Below are positions 1 to 14,698 of a stretch of 64,000 bases of DNA, piece after piece (the first letter of the stretch is position 1; every line of letters starts with the position of its first letter). The notes beneath the pieces were generated by a model, which was not told the origin of the DNA, did no database searches, and saw only the letters and a list, made by a program, of their open reading frames with translations. Source of the DNA: Octopus vulgaris. Lineage: Eukaryota. The translations under genes and the position numbers were made by a program. The stretch lies in contig OX597816.1 of assembly GCA_951406725.2 (NCBI GenBank), positions 124,558,001-124,622,000 of the forward strand, written 5' to 3'.

Positions 1-165
1 TGTGGGTACATACCCATAATAAAACATATACATATACATATGAGTGCATATACTCATACTCCTATACATATAAATATACATATACATAACTGTAACATTG
101 AATATGGAACATATGTATGTTTATTAATTTATATTACTTATATCATTATGTATATGTATATTTTG

Positions 166-435
166 TAGTCTTCGAATTAGATTTTTACTTTCTGGTTTTG
201 AGAAGCCTAATTTCTGAAGATTGGTATTTAGACAATGTCTTACATATCCTGGGGCCCCAATAATTACAGATATAAACCTGAACTCGTAATTTTGATAGAG
301 TAGATTTCTGAATAGTTCAGCGTAGGATTTCTCTTTTTCACTGATATTCAAACTTATGTTAACATCCGCTGGGCAGCTAATTTCCACAACTGTGCACAGA
401 TTCTCTTCTCTATCCCAACTCCTTATATCAGGTAT
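166..435 (-). pseudogene. R4/Dong-type (RLE) non-LTR retrotransposon, restriction-like endonuclease fragment
   Basis: ORF 124..447 reads PDI...VVEISCP...EKEKSYAEL...VIIGAPG, matching the PD-(D/E) and K..KY..L...PIIIGALG pattern of R2/R4-clade C-terminal endonucleases. Confidence 0.8.
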
Positions 436-601
436 GCGTGCATACATGCATGCATGTTCACGTATAATACTGGTGTCAAGCAGAAACGAATGTGCTTCTC
501 ATAGTGTATCGTAAATGAGTGCATAGCTCCTTCTTGTGCTTCTGGATGATACTACCTGAACTGATGACAACTGGATTTACTGATTTGTGTACGAGTATTT
601 G

Positions 602-641
<40 letters not shown>

Positions 642-3455
642 CGTGCGTGCATGTGAATGCCAAAATATGTCTTTCATATACTTTAACGTGAATGAGTGCT
701 CAAATATTTAATACCAATATTGCTATGCTTTATGTCATTAATGGTGTATTGTGTAGAGGTCTGCGTGTGCTCGCTTGAGGTGTACGAAGATACCAGAGAA
801 AGATGGCTGGTGAATTAATACCGAGGAGGGTTTGGAGAGAAAAATAAAACGCTCTTCTAAACGACACCTAGGGCTAGCAGATCCATTTTATATGACTTAC
901 AATTCAGTTTCCATATCGTTTCAGGTAATGTGTCTGTCACCGTACATTTAAATGATGTTAAGTTTCCGTGTTCCTGATGTAGGACACTTTTAAAGTTTGT
1001 TGCAATGGAACTAAGTATGCCGTAGTTGTGTGTAGAATACTTAAGATGATTAGGAATATACTTATAAGAAATAGGACTGTTGCAGAGGAAAGAAGGTAGT
1101 TTTCTAGAAACGCAAATTAGTAATGGCTCACTTTCATTGAAACTACTTTAACAATCATAGTATTCTCTCGCTGCTTCTTATAAAATTAGAGTTAACAAAG
1201 TGTACACAGTTTTTAAAATAGAAATGTTTTTAGGGTTTACTTTGAAATAGACTTTTAATTAACAACAAAAAATATAATTGACTAGATGTGAAATGAAAGT
1301 TGTAGTTAACATGCATATGAATGTGTGTGTGTGCGTATGTGTGTGTGTGTGTGCGTGCGCGCGCACGCGCTGTAAACACGTGTACTTATATTTTTTACTA
1401 TGACAAGGAAGTAAAACAAGTATGAAAGCTAAGGTTTATATTAGATATTGTGCAATGGTTTATAAAGGAGTCATTTTTCAGGGATACTAGTATTTTAAAA
1501 ACATTTATTTATCTAGCTTAACTTGTTGAATTCCAGATTAGTTTTTCGTCATAAACAGACAAGACGAATAACAAATATTAAACTGCTTGAATAAATAATA
1601 CTCTGACGAGTAAATCTCTTATATCACATATATTCTATGTTTATACACCTACCCTTGCATTTTATATATTATCCATATGACTAGGGTTTCTACTTAATTT
1701 TTAATTTAATTCATTTGTTCCCGACGTCGACTCTATCAGTCTCTTCTTTGAAAAGTACTAAACATTATTCTTGTACCAGATTCCTCAGAATCAAATTTGG
1801 TTGTCCAAACTTTTGACTTACTCATGAGAACGTTTATCTAATAGGGAAGTTTTCATTCCATAGATATACTTTCCAGTAGCTGTCATATCAATTATCTCTA
1901 TTAAGTGAAAGTGACTCATATTTCTAAACATGTGTGTTGATACCATTAACTAATACATCATCATTCTTGAATTAAAAATAGTAGTTGTGCGTTCAGATGT
2001 ATTTAACGAGTATGTATCTAGAGACTAAAGACACGGAAAAAATAAACGGAGAATATATAAAAAGGAAGAGAAAATCTACAGAAACACAACATAATTTTTG
2101 TACCACCGACCCAAATCTCTCGTACCGTTGTAATTATTATTTGAAAAACATAAGCATCTAATTACTTTGTATTTTCTAACTACGTTAGATTTTCATGAAA
2201 ACTCACTTGGGAGTTGTAACACTTAATCATGATAAAACGATACTGAATTCGATGTGTTTTCATCATTGGCTTTAAGTTAATTGTAATCTCAACTATATAT
2301 ATATTTTAAGTATATTAGACATTTGATCAAACTTGACGTTTCTACAGTAAATGGAATATTTGCATTCCTAATTAGGGAAGTTTTAATCTAGTAACATTCA
2401 AATATATTTCATTATAACCGTAACTGTTTTTCTCAAACTAATGGCGAGTAGTTGCCGAAAGAAGTTTAGTAATGTGTGAAAGAATGTTAGTAGCGTGTGA
2501 CATAACACTGGCCAACAACTTTTTTTCTGCTGACCCAAGATTGAGACCTGTTTTCGGGTAACTTGGAATCACTGAATTTTAAAACAACAATAGTTCTTAC
2601 CTATCACGTCGAGTTTTGTTCCTATGGGTTGGCCCATATTGCCTCCCACCCCTAGTAGCTCCATGTTTTAGAAATTTGTCGATGAGTAGGGTACATTAGC
2701 AGTAAGAGACTCAGTGTCAGTCGATTGTTCAGTGTGTGAGGTTGTGACTCTTTGTCGGCCAAGTATATGAAATGTGTTTCCCAATAACTGTGCGATGGTT
2801 TATAAAGGAGTAAATTATTTATACAATACATCATAAAATAGTGATATGCTACAGAATGAAAACCTGATGTGTTAGCAATCAATGGATGCCATACTTGAAA
2901 TTAGCATCTCAAAATTAACTAATAACAACCACAAAACCTTAAGTCAGCAAATAATGTGTTGACCAGTGTAATCTGTTAACATGTAATGACAGCATGAACA
3001 TTTAAACAATTAGTATGACAAACACTAGTTTAAAAGTCTAACATTTACGAAGTGCAGCCTTGAGCATAGACCTATAATTCCCGACTGGAAATAATAAATA
3101 TTGCTGTGAATATCAGAATTCGTTAAGTCATTGCCAATGTTTGGGTAATTTTCCTGAATTATATTTCACAAAAATAGTTTGAAGATATGAACATATTCCA
3201 ATATACCCTATTTTATAATGCTCATTTAAGATATTAGTGATTTCTTAGCACTTGTTAACCTAAATCAGCATAGCAGCTTGCACAAGTGCACTATATATTT
3301 TCTCTTTAGATTTAGAAATTATTAGCAGTAACATGTCAAATGGAGTTATGTATATTAAGAAGGTGAAACTGCAGTAAATATGAAAACTTCGTTATCCTGC
3401 CGAGAAGTAAGGTATATTCTTCGTTGTTTATTTTTCAGTAATGTTATGTGGTTTG

Positions 3456-3675
3456 AAGGCGGCGTGCAAGCAAAATAGTAGTACGCTGAGCAAAATGCTC
3501 AAGGGAATTTCATCCGTCTTTACGCTTTTAATTCAAATTTCTCCGGGCCCAACTTTGCCTTTCGTCCTTTCAGATCAAGGAAATAAGCACTAGGTGAGCA
3601 TTAGGGTCGATTTAATCGACTTATTCTACTCCCATACGCAACTGCTGTCTTTGTGTCAACATTTGAAACAGATAT
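3456..3675 (+). mobile_element. tRNA-derived SINE (family S1), degenerate
   Basis: ggcggcg..gcaaaa head, ttcaaatt B-box-like motif, ctttgcctttc.tccttt and gggtcgatttaatcgac body shared with many copies in the window. Confidence 0.7.
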
Positions 3676-3689
3676 TTATATGTGCATTG

Positions 3690-3885
3690 AGGACGGCGAG
3701 CTGGCAGTATCGTTTACATGTCATTCAGCGTTACAATCTCAGTTCAAATTCCGAAAAGGTTGACTTTACCTTCCATCCTTTCGGGTGCAATAAACTAGGT
3801 ACCAATTGAGTAATGGGATCGATGTAATCAGCTTAACCCTTCCTTTGAACTTCCTGGTCTTGTGCCAAAATTTAAAGCCAATATT
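3690..3885 (+). mobile_element. tRNA-derived SINE (family S1), tandem with the previous copy
   Basis: ggcgagctggcag...gttcaaattcc...gactttaccttccatcctttcggg...gatcgatgtaatc...cttgtgcc. Confidence 0.75.
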
Positions 3886-5555
3886 GTGTGCGCTTTGAAC
3901 ATATAAATATATAGTGTGAAATGAATAGTTACTTTTATGTATTATCAAAATGACCATCCCCAAATATATAAATAGTCTTTTCTCAGAAGTTGAAAACAGC
4001 TCACCATCTCCCTAATTAAAAGATAAATAATACTATATATTCTCTCTGATTCTAGATTTTCTAATCTATAATTATGAGATGAAAATTGATAGTTTGTTGC
4101 ACAGTAACAATATTTACACTGCATCTTCAATTGACAACGACCTCTAACTATTCATTATATATGTTGTTTAGTGCTTCAATGTGGACACAGTTTCCTTTTT
4201 TGTCATTGCATTCTGTAGTAAATAACTATTATCGCAACTTATAACTGAGTCACTTTAGAATTTCCTGAACTCATATGCATTTTCAATAATGTTTCAATAG
4301 TAACGAAAATTATATGAAATTATATTTCTGATACCGAGGTTTTCGAAACATTTATCACAACGTACTTAATATGCATTATAGCCGTTTATACGATTGCATA
4401 AGTGTTCATCATATTACTCGGAAGATATTAAATAACTGACGAGCGTTTAACCATATTCACGTTCAACGACAAAACCAGCAACATTAGTACAATGCGACGC
4501 ATTTTACAATTAACCTAGATGAATTTATGAATAGATCGAGGAATTTAGAATGATAAGAAAAATAAATCTCAAACATTTGCAATTATAATTAGTGTTGATG
4601 GCTATATAAGTATAGCACTAGAAACGTATTTGCATTCAGTAATAAGGATTTTGTCACTTATGCTAAATATTCGGATTCCGCAGAAAAATTTAGGCTTAAT
4701 TTTACCAAATGAACTATCAATAACTTTAAAAAGTCTCTTATCTTATATTAACTAACACATTTATTTTTACTGATATAAATTGAGGTAATGCATTTTGGCG
4801 AAATTTTAAATACTTCCTTATCTTTTACTCCTATTTCTCCAGCTACAAGATAACACAACATTTACAAGTATGCATAAACTCAATGTCATGTATGCACATC
4901 ACTTCCTGGCGTGTGAAAACTATAGACCGAAATCTTCACACATTTGATCTGTATCGTTAGTCGAAACGTCTTTTAGGATTTCTTATTCTATTTCTTAATC
5001 TTGTTTCATTGATGTGTTTGCACATAAAGTATGTGAATGAATTATTTTATGCTACTGCTTCCGACTGAGTTTCAACTGGTGCTGCTACCATAATTTCTGT
5101 TTTCGTTTTTGCTGTTGCTGCTTCCTTTTAATGTTACCACAGCTGCTGAAGACATTACTGCTGCTGACATCAGAATCTTCAATTCTACTTCTCAGAAGTC
5201 CACCTAGATAATATATAGATAATGGGAGCTTGTCAGTAATGTTTCTTTACGAAAGTTTATTGCAGAATTTTGAATAGAGGAATATGAAATAGCAAACTTG
5301 TGATTGCTGAGCAATTCAAGCTATCTCCAATCAAATATTCAATAGTTGTATTTTTCTTTTCGTAACATATTATGTCCCGATATTGGCGTGTATACCTATG
5401 TACAAAATGTATCCGACTTATGTGAATGTATGCGACAGACGTGCGTAGTTATCTATATGGGCAACCTTACATGCTTATGTATAAGTACATTACACTTTAT
5501 ATAACGACTTGCATAGTAACTCATGCATCTATTAACATTCACCATTACACTCAGA

Positions 5556-5597
<42 letters not shown>

Positions 5598-5601
<4 letters not shown>

Positions 5602-6297
5602 GCTTAGTAAAATAAATTACTTTGCCACATACTGAACTCATTAGAAATAGCAGCTAAAGAAATTTCTTCAGCTATTTCTAATACTTAAAGAAGATCTCTC
5701 TCAGATAGTGTTTGCCTAAACCAACTCACAAAGGTATGGGGGAAAAAACATTAAAAAATCAAGTGCAAAGGTTATTTGAGAACGTACGTTTCTAGATTAG
5801 TCAATTCGACATTTCTTTCGTCAGCTCAGAATTCCTTGAATCGTATTTGGGAACACTGAAAGTTGGGAGCATACCCTTTCGGCTTCTCATCACCTCTAGA
5901 ATTCTGCTCGAACTAAAAGTGCTATCAAATCCGAATATGCAAGCGAAGAATTTCTGCTCTCCCCTTTCCACCAGCGTGGGTTAAAATTGACAAACACGAT
6001 GTATTAACGGTGAAAACCGCAGTATTTAACAGAGAGAGATGAATTATAATTTCAACAATTGAGGGTAAAATTAATTAATTATTAATCAATTTCACCAAGT
6101 ATTCAGTATGTAAAGGGACCATTTTAGGCGAATTCAAAATATTACATTATATATAAGGGCTTAGTAAAATAAATTACTTTGCCACATACTGAACTCATTA
6201 GAAATAGCAGCTAAAGATTCGCCTAAAATGGTCCCTTTACATACTGAATACTTGGTGAAATTGATTAATAATTAATTAATTTTACCCTCAATTGTTG

Positions 6298-6305
<8 letters not shown>
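5598..6305. mobile_element. Non-coding Penelope-like repeat: 557-bp unit, partial tandem copy and inverted segment, inserted in (TA)n
   Basis: Direct repeat 5598-5660/6155-6217; perfect inverted repeat 6045-6133/6217-6305; (TA)n on both sides; internal hammerhead motif. Confidence 0.75.
5777..5828 (-). ncRNA. Minimal type-I hammerhead ribozyme, intact core
   Basis: Minus strand: TGAG-CTGACGA-aAGAaatGTCgaattGACtaaTCTa-GAAAC-GTAC-GTT-CTCA; stem I TGAG/CTCA, palindromic stem III ACGTACGT. Confidence 0.7.
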
Positions 6306-6338
<33 letters not shown>

Positions 6339-6361
6339 TATATATATGGTTAATAGAAATA

Positions 6362-6575
6362 ATATTCCTTTCTAATATAAGCACAAGGTCTGAAATTTGG
6401 AAGAGAGGACTAGTCGATTATATCGACCTCAATGTTTCACTTGTACTTAATCTATCGACCCGGAAACGCTAAAAGGCAAAGTCGACCTCGGTGGAATTTG
6501 AACTGAGAACGTAGCGATGGGAAAATACTGCTTAGTACTCCTCTCGGCATGCTAACGCTTCTGAGAGCTCACCAC
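6362..6575 (-). mobile_element. tRNA-derived SINE (family S1)
   Basis: Reverse complement of the S1 pattern (aaaggcaaagtcgacctcggtggaatttgaact). Confidence 0.8.
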
Positions 6576-6576
6576 T

Positions 6577-6755
<179 letters not shown>

Positions 6756-6834
6756 CGTTTAGCAGGAGAGCAAACATTAAGGCATGACAAACATTTCAAG
6801 TCATATACAATATCATTATAGGAAGAAATTCAAA

Positions 6835-6886
6835 ATCTTACAGCTGTTTCTGGTATATCCCCGAGTATGGGATATTTTGTCAAATA
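6835..6886 (-). ncRNA. Degenerate PLE-type hammerhead motif
   Basis: Minus strand: TTGACAA-aATATCCC..GGGATAT-acca-GAAAC-AGCT-GTA-aga; palindromic stem III ACAGCTGT; core has two substitutions. Confidence 0.45.
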
Positions 6887-9084
6887 GGGAAAAATAGAGA
6901 TAAATGAGTGTTCTATATATTAATAAGATGACGACAAAGAGGAAGGGAGTAAAAGAATAAGGAGGAGGATGTATATGACTTGAGATATTTGCCTTGCCTT
7001 AATGTTTGCTGTCCTGTTTAATAATTATATATCCGCTGCATCGGAAATCTGCAATGGTTCCATAACTACTGTCTCTGTAGCAATGGCTCCATAACTACAT
7101 TGGAGCCCCAGTAATCCGTTACAGCACTTACCAAGCTTATTTAATCGTTTGCATCACCTGTGAACTAAACCCCCATAATTATGTCTGTATTGTATGTATG
7201 TATGCTTGTATACATGTATACTCCTGAAGATCACTTCTCTGAAACCAGAGAGACGTCATGAAAGTTTAATTTACAAAGTGGATTTACTGAACTTATTTTA
7301 AGTTGTTTTGCTTTACTCCAGACTCATATCTCATTCAGTGACTAACATGTTTACGTGTATCAATTATATGTACTTCGCTCCATATGACTTCTGAGTATAA
7401 AACGTACAGTTTTGCAAACACTAAATGCATGCCTTGCTTTTCAACCATTTTGAACAAAATTGTTCTCCTCTACTTGACAGTTAACCTTTACAGAAGCGCA
7501 TGTTGTTTTTCAGTTGATTCAAATGTCTCTCATTTTTGCAATTAATGTAATGGGCAAACATTCAAAAAAGATCTCACCAATATTCATTATATTGAAATAT
7601 TAACTTCTATCTGAGGCATAATGCCAAAAGTTTTAGGGATGAATGTAATCGATTATATTGATTCATGAGTTAACAGTTATTTTATAAATCTCCGAAGAAA
7701 GAAAATAAAAAACGGTCTTACTGGAATTTGAACTGATTCGAAAGTACTTCATCCACTGTTTTGCAGACTCTTATACTCCTCAAGGTTGAAATTATTTTGA
7801 AATGATATTGTGCTACCTACAACGTGTTTTGTTAATTTTCTCTAGAAGATTCTTTCCGTGGATAATATTAATTAGAGGGATCCGTGAACGTTAATGAGGA
7901 ATTTATTGCGCTGTTTCTGAAAACTTTATCCAAAGACATTAAAGCGTAGCCTATGTTGTGTCTGTATCAAAAGATAATCACTCCTCTGTTAATTATTGAA
8001 AAGTGATGGAAATTGGAATACGATGATTACTTAATGCACTTTATATATAAACTTTATCAAATTTATGCACAATTTTATAGACTTAATACACAGCACTCTC
8101 CTTTTTTCTCTCCCACTCTTCGCCTTACCCTCATTCTCTCTCTCCTTTTTCTTTCGCTCTTTGTCTTTCCCTTCAACTAATCACGTGAAAGCGTTACAGA
8201 CGGGCTAAATAACGGTAGAAAATGCTTAGTTCAAACTCAAAATTTTACTCATCACCTCCTCTCCCTCCGCCTCCCCTTACCTATCTCTCCTCCCCTCCCA
8301 ACTCTCCTCTCACACACCTTCTCTTCCCCACATCCCCATCCCGCTTCTTCAACTCCTACTCCCACTCTTCCCTCATTCCTTCACCCAATCACGTTAAAGT
8401 GTTTCGGTCGGACTAAATAACGGAGTGACACGCAGGATTATAAGATTCATACTCGTGCAACTGATGAAACATTCGAGACGCATGAAAATTATACGAAGGC
8501 AAGCTTTCAACACAAAATTTTAATCAAAATAGCCTGTCACATCGAAGATGTTTATTCATATATCTCGAACTGAAGTACCGTGTACTTGTCTGATGATCAC
8601 CAAGCGCGAACATGATATATGCGCGCTTATTGAGGTTTATATTTAAGCAGGAAATTATATGAAGAGTATTTTGCTCTGTTTCCGCTCCAAAATTATGGGA
8701 TATAACCCTTGGCTTTTAAATAGTTTCCATGTATGTTGAAAGGCATTATAGTGTTCCTGTACTTTTCTGTAGGTCAGCCTTGGCCAAAGAAGCCTACATC
8801 AAGTGTATTCTAGCAGTATCATCCCGTCTTGTTTAGACGTTGTACATTTATGAAAATGTTATCTTATGTATCCTTACTTTTTGCTACAGGATTATGTAAT
8901 ATCAGAAGGACTTGGTTGATATTTCTGGTAAATCCTACGTCTGTATGGAAGCAAACTCCTCCTTTGAAAATCCCAAGATATGCAAGTTGGGTTCACTTTC
9001 GAACTCTTATACATCGACATATCAACTGACAACAGAGATTATTTTATTTGAAACGACCTGTTCATAAAATTTAATAATAATAAC

Positions 9085-9156
<72 letters not shown>

Positions 9157-9158
<2 letters not shown>

Positions 9159-9527
9159 AGTTCATGCTCTGATGCAGTACCAGGCAGTGGCTCTCATAAC
9201 TTCTGATCTTAACTGATTGGAAGTGTTATCATTTACATTGTTTTGTCTTGGTATAAAAGATAGGCTACAGAAAATATTCTGCTCAATACCACAGATTTGC
9301 TTGTCAGTTTTTTTTATCTTAACCAGTTGAGCATGTCCTTTAGTGACTGACGATATATGCATCTCTGATCACGATCTTTTGAGTTGGATGGGTTACTCGA
9401 CAAGAAGAAGAAAATTCTAACTGGGCCCCACATGCAAGGTCATGTGCTGTTTATCTTGATATGAGATCACCATGTCGTGCACATATGGTTGTAATGCATG
9501 TGCAGAGTGTACCCTTATCAGACGGGT
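9157..9527 (+). mobile_element. Non-coding (AAT)n-associated retroposon segment, same family as 27749-28270
   Basis: Long collinear similarity to 27749-28196 with an internal deletion; preceded by (AAT)n 9073-9156; strand inferred from the (AAT)n tail of the second copy. Confidence 0.75.
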
Positions 9528-9529
9528 GT

Positions 9530-10415
<886 letters not shown>

Positions 10416-11115
10416 TGTGTTTGTGTGTGCGGAAATATGTACGTCTTGCCGGAAAGAAAGCGTACATGTATGAGTCTGTAACAACTCTTGTTTGTATGAA
10501 ACGAATGAATCAATGATGCGTCTGAAATATTTCCGAGATATTTCCGAGTCCAATTAATTTCGAAGAACCATAATGGAAAGAGAAAGAGAAGATAACTTCC
10601 GAAAGCATTGGAACCTTCTAGAAGCTTCAAGTATTTTCATAAAAATAGTCACATATCTAATTGCCTGTGTAGTGAACGAATTGACACAACTTAGAGACAA
10701 ACGAAGCCATAGGTGAAATTTCTTTCAGATATATAAAGCGAAAATAATAAAACAATGAATAATATTCATTACTATTGCTATCTGAAGTCAGCTCATTTTA
10801 AAGAAACGTCTAGAAGAAAATTATCAGATCGATAGAAAGAGAATATCTATTTTGAAGAAATACATCAAGCATCTAAAATAAGAAACTCTAAAAGTTGTTT
10901 GTAGAAAAATGTTTGGCTGAAAATATTAAATTACAACCAAAGAAAACGATAAAAAATGTACATTCCACAAATAAATACATCTCTTTATTGGTTATCGAAT
11001 AATGAATAATGCGGCGAGTAATTTTTTTTTTATAAATCTATGAACATATGCATGCACGTTTATATGTAGTTATACATGTCTATATGTGTATTATGTGTAT
11101 ACGTGTGTCAATTAA

Positions 11116-11129
11116 TCTATCTATCTATA

Positions 11130-11188
<59 letters not shown>

Positions 11189-11212
11189 CTGTCAATCTCT
11201 CTCTCTCTCTCT

Positions 11213-11265
<53 letters not shown>

Positions 11266-11321
11266 TCTGTCTGTGTATCTCTTTCTCTCCCTCGCTCTCT
11301 CTCACTCTCTTTCTCTCTCTG

Positions 11322-11350
<29 letters not shown>
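11116..11350. repeat. Compound (TATC)n/(TC)n/(TA)n microsatellite
   Basis: Directly visible. Confidence 0.9.
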
Positions 11351-11357
<7 letters not shown>

Positions 11358-11822
11358 TAGTTATCGCCATACGAATATGGCAGTCTATAAATAAGACTAA
11401 AGCTGTCGCTGATTAGCTCCAAGAGGCCATCACCTCTAGCTAGCTATATGACATACGAACCTGCGTCCATTACAACCTTCGAACAGGGAGGTCAGCCGCT
11501 TCACCTTGCTAGTCAGACATCTGCAGACATGTTTCAGGGTTGTTGTCCTTTATCAATGCAGCGTAGTCAGAACCAGCAGGTGTCGCTACTGACCGTCTGT
11601 TCGAAGATTTTATTTACCTAGTTACAGTGGAATATATCCACTTGTTTTCAATAATAGAAATATTAAAATTACTAAGTCTCTCTAAAGGAGATTACGGCAG
11701 CGTTACTGGATATTAATAGTTATCGCCATACTAATATGGCAGTCTATAAATAAAACTAAAGCTGTCGCTGATTAGCTTCAACAGGCCATCGCCTCTAGCT
11801 AGCTATATGACACACGAACCTG
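11351..11822. mobile_element. 359-bp non-coding unit with partial tandem copy (retrozyme/PLE-like)
   Basis: 113-bp direct repeat 11351-11463/11710-11822 (period 359) enclosing a hammerhead motif; begins at a (TA)n tract. Confidence 0.7.
11521..11561 (-). ncRNA. Minimal type-I hammerhead motif, core mutated
   Basis: Minus strand: CTGCA-TTGATAA-AGGacaacaacCCT-GAAAC-AT-GTC-TGCAG; 5-bp stem I, palindromic ACATGT, GUC site; CTGATGA changed to TTGATAA. Confidence 0.65.
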
Positions 11823-11824
11823 AC

Positions 11825-12876
11825 GAAGATTACTCACCCAGTACTGTTCTGATCTTGTCTACAGAATTCATATTTTTCCGTCCAAATGGTTTTGAACAAT
11901 GCAGAATAAATAATAATCAGATGGGGCAATGTCCGGCGAATATGGTGGCTGGGGTATCGTTTCCCACTCAAACTGCACCAGCTTTTGGAATGTCATCCTC
12001 ACTGTATGTGGCCGAGTATTATGTGGATAGAACAACACCTTTCGTCTTGAAAGGGAATTTGGTCGTTTTTCATCTAGCGCTGCCTTAGGCCGCTCAAGCT
12101 GCTCGCAGTAGATCACCTTTGTTATCATTTGATTTAGGTTTAGAAGTTCAAAGTGTGCTAAACCTTTCACATCCCATCAAACAGATAACAACACTTTACG
12201 TGGGTGAAAACCTTCTTTAGCCTGTTGTGCCGGTGTTTCCCCTTTGCTCACCCACTCTCTTCAGTTGTTGACATTTTTATAGAGAATCCATTTTTCGTCA
12301 CCAGTCACTATTCCGTCCAAAAAAGAGTTCATTCGTTACACGTGGCAGCTAAGAAGAGCGCACATTCACTCTCTACGCGCGATTAGACTCTGAAACGTTG
12401 TGAGGAAGCCATTGACCCAACTTGCTGACTTTTCCGATGTCACGCAGGTGTTGATGAATGCTTGAATGACCAAATCCAAGCTTCTCTGCTAGTTCTTCAA
12501 CAGTTATTATGGGATTTTGTTCCACCAGGGTTTGCAGGACGTACTCGTCGAGCTCTACAGATCTCCCAGGCTGTAGTTTCTAGAACCACCGTTGACACTG
12601 GCTTCCACGTTAATATTCTTTGCGCTTTTCTTAGCGATGTTGCCTTTATTGAACGCATAAGGCCAATTATGCCGAATATGCTACTTTGTCACTTCCATTA
12701 TAGCTTTGAAAAAATAACTGCTAATATCGAACTGCACTCTATTGTCCTAAGAATAAGCCAAGATAAATTTACTACCTGCTTTTATAGCAAGTTGATGCAG
12801 ATAGTTTGTCCTGTTCCCCTCCGAATTTTAGTTCATGCAATTGAAAAAAACGCATTATTTATGGGATGACCCAATA
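11825..12876 (-). mobile_element. Mariner (DD34D) transposon remnant, 3'-truncated
   Basis: IVTGDEKWILYKN near 12270-12310; ORF 11868..12170 with HNTRPH and PPYSPDIAPSDYYLF; 5' terminus TA-TTGGGTCATCCCATAA at 12876. Confidence 0.9.
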
Positions 12877-14220
12877 CATTCATTATATAAATCGAAACTA
12901 TTGAGGTGGTTTTTAGCGTAGTGGATAATAATTTATCTTATAGGCCCAGAAATCATATAGTGTTAAGAATTTGCACGAGGACGTTAGGTTATTAATTTTT
13001 TTAATTAAGTATATTAAGTGGCGAATGGATTAAACTGTCATCAGATGCCAATTGATATACAATTTGTATTTATTGTCTTGTATAGTGCTAGGTGAGGCTG
13101 ATCTAAAAGATCGATATAAAGAATTTTATAGGCATGAATACCCACTATATTATGTAGATATACTGTACCTAGGACGATATTATACGATGTGTGCCACCTT
13201 TTTGTAAGACGCTAGGCTGTAATTCGTGGAAGATTTATCTGCTATTTCTAGCCTCTCTAGCGACGCATAGTGTCGTATGTATTTTCCTCACGTGACATTA
13301 TTCTTTCTCTGTTGAGAGCAGTGGAATTTTATTATATTCATTTCTTTCAGAGATAGAAAGCCTACATATTTTATTAGTGATGTAGAGTCTAGGAAGCTTG
13401 TTTAAAATGTTAGTATCAAAGATAACAATAATGCATCATGCATGATAAGCCTGCTTCTTATCTTACTAGATCAAAAAGAATGAAAGGAAACTTTTACTAT
13501 GGGTGGAGTTGAATACTTAACAACCTCGACGGAATTAGATGATCTGATATGATAATTCCCTGTGCTTGAGTTACTGCCATTCCATCACCTTCGGAGTTGG
13601 AGAAAACTAATATAATGTTTATAGACTGCATGAAAATGTTTTACGTGGAGGCATCTCGCAGAGTAATACTCTATATGTAATGAGCTTGAGCTAATTCAAA
13701 CTATATGTATACAAGTACAATATATGTAGTCTTGCTGACCAAGTAAAATATTCGCATCGAAATAACGACAGTTTGAAACTTTTTGTTCTTATCTGAGATT
13801 ACTTAATATATTGCTGTGGTAGCGAGAAGAAACAGATCATAACTATAGAAAACGTATCGTAATTCAAGCCATTTAAGCTAATTTGCATACCAGTGTCTCT
13901 TTGAAACACATATAGTACCTACAAGCGTAGAAACATCATGAAAATTTGCAAAACATTTCACAGTGTACGTTCTAACTTAAATATAATTCATAATTCCGCA
14001 TAGTTTGATACTGTGTGGTTCAAGAACTTGAAATGTATTCCACGCTAATAACTTTATATATTACAAATATAACTTACGCATAAGTATACTCTACGCGTTA
14101 ATTCTCAAACTATATATTAATAATAAAACCAATATATGAAGTATTTCTCAGCATCATTTCTCTCTCTCTCTCACTATCTGTCTGTCTCTCTCTGTATATA
14201 TATATATATATACATATACA

Positions 14221-14254
<34 letters not shown>

Positions 14255-14265
14255 CATATATATAT

Positions 14266-14601
14266 GAAGGCGCATGGCTCAGTGGTTAGAGCGTCGAGCT
14301 TACGATCGTGAGGTTGTGAGCTCGAATCCCGGACCGGGCTGCGTGTTGTGTTCTTGAGCAAGACACTTTATTTCACGTTGCTCCAGTTCACTCAGCTGTA
14401 GAAATGAGTTGCGACGTCACGAGTGCCAAGCTGTATCGGCCTTTGCCTTTCCCTTGGATAACACTGGTGGCGTGGAGAGGGGAGGCCGGTATGCATGGGC
14501 GACTGCTGGTCTTCCATAAACAACCATGCCCAGACTTGTGACTAGGAGGGTAACTTTCTAGGTGCAATCCCGTGGTGGTCAGTGTCGTGACCGAAGGGGG
14601 T
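14266..14601 (+). mobile_element. tRNA-derived SINE (family S2) with conserved central domain
   Basis: A-box TGGCTCAGTGG, B-box-like GCTCGAATCCC, core gtgttgtgttcttgagcaagacacttt...cactcagctgtagaaatgagt; flanked by microsatellites. Confidence 0.85.
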
Positions 14602-14608
14602 CCCGGAT

Positions 14609-14698
<90 letters not shown>

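Noticed and set aside
7222-7260. Further hammerhead-like words (also ~4965, 8461, 14815, 20630, 54820, 57040)
   Set aside because: Stems or core too degenerate to separate from chance in AT-rich DNA
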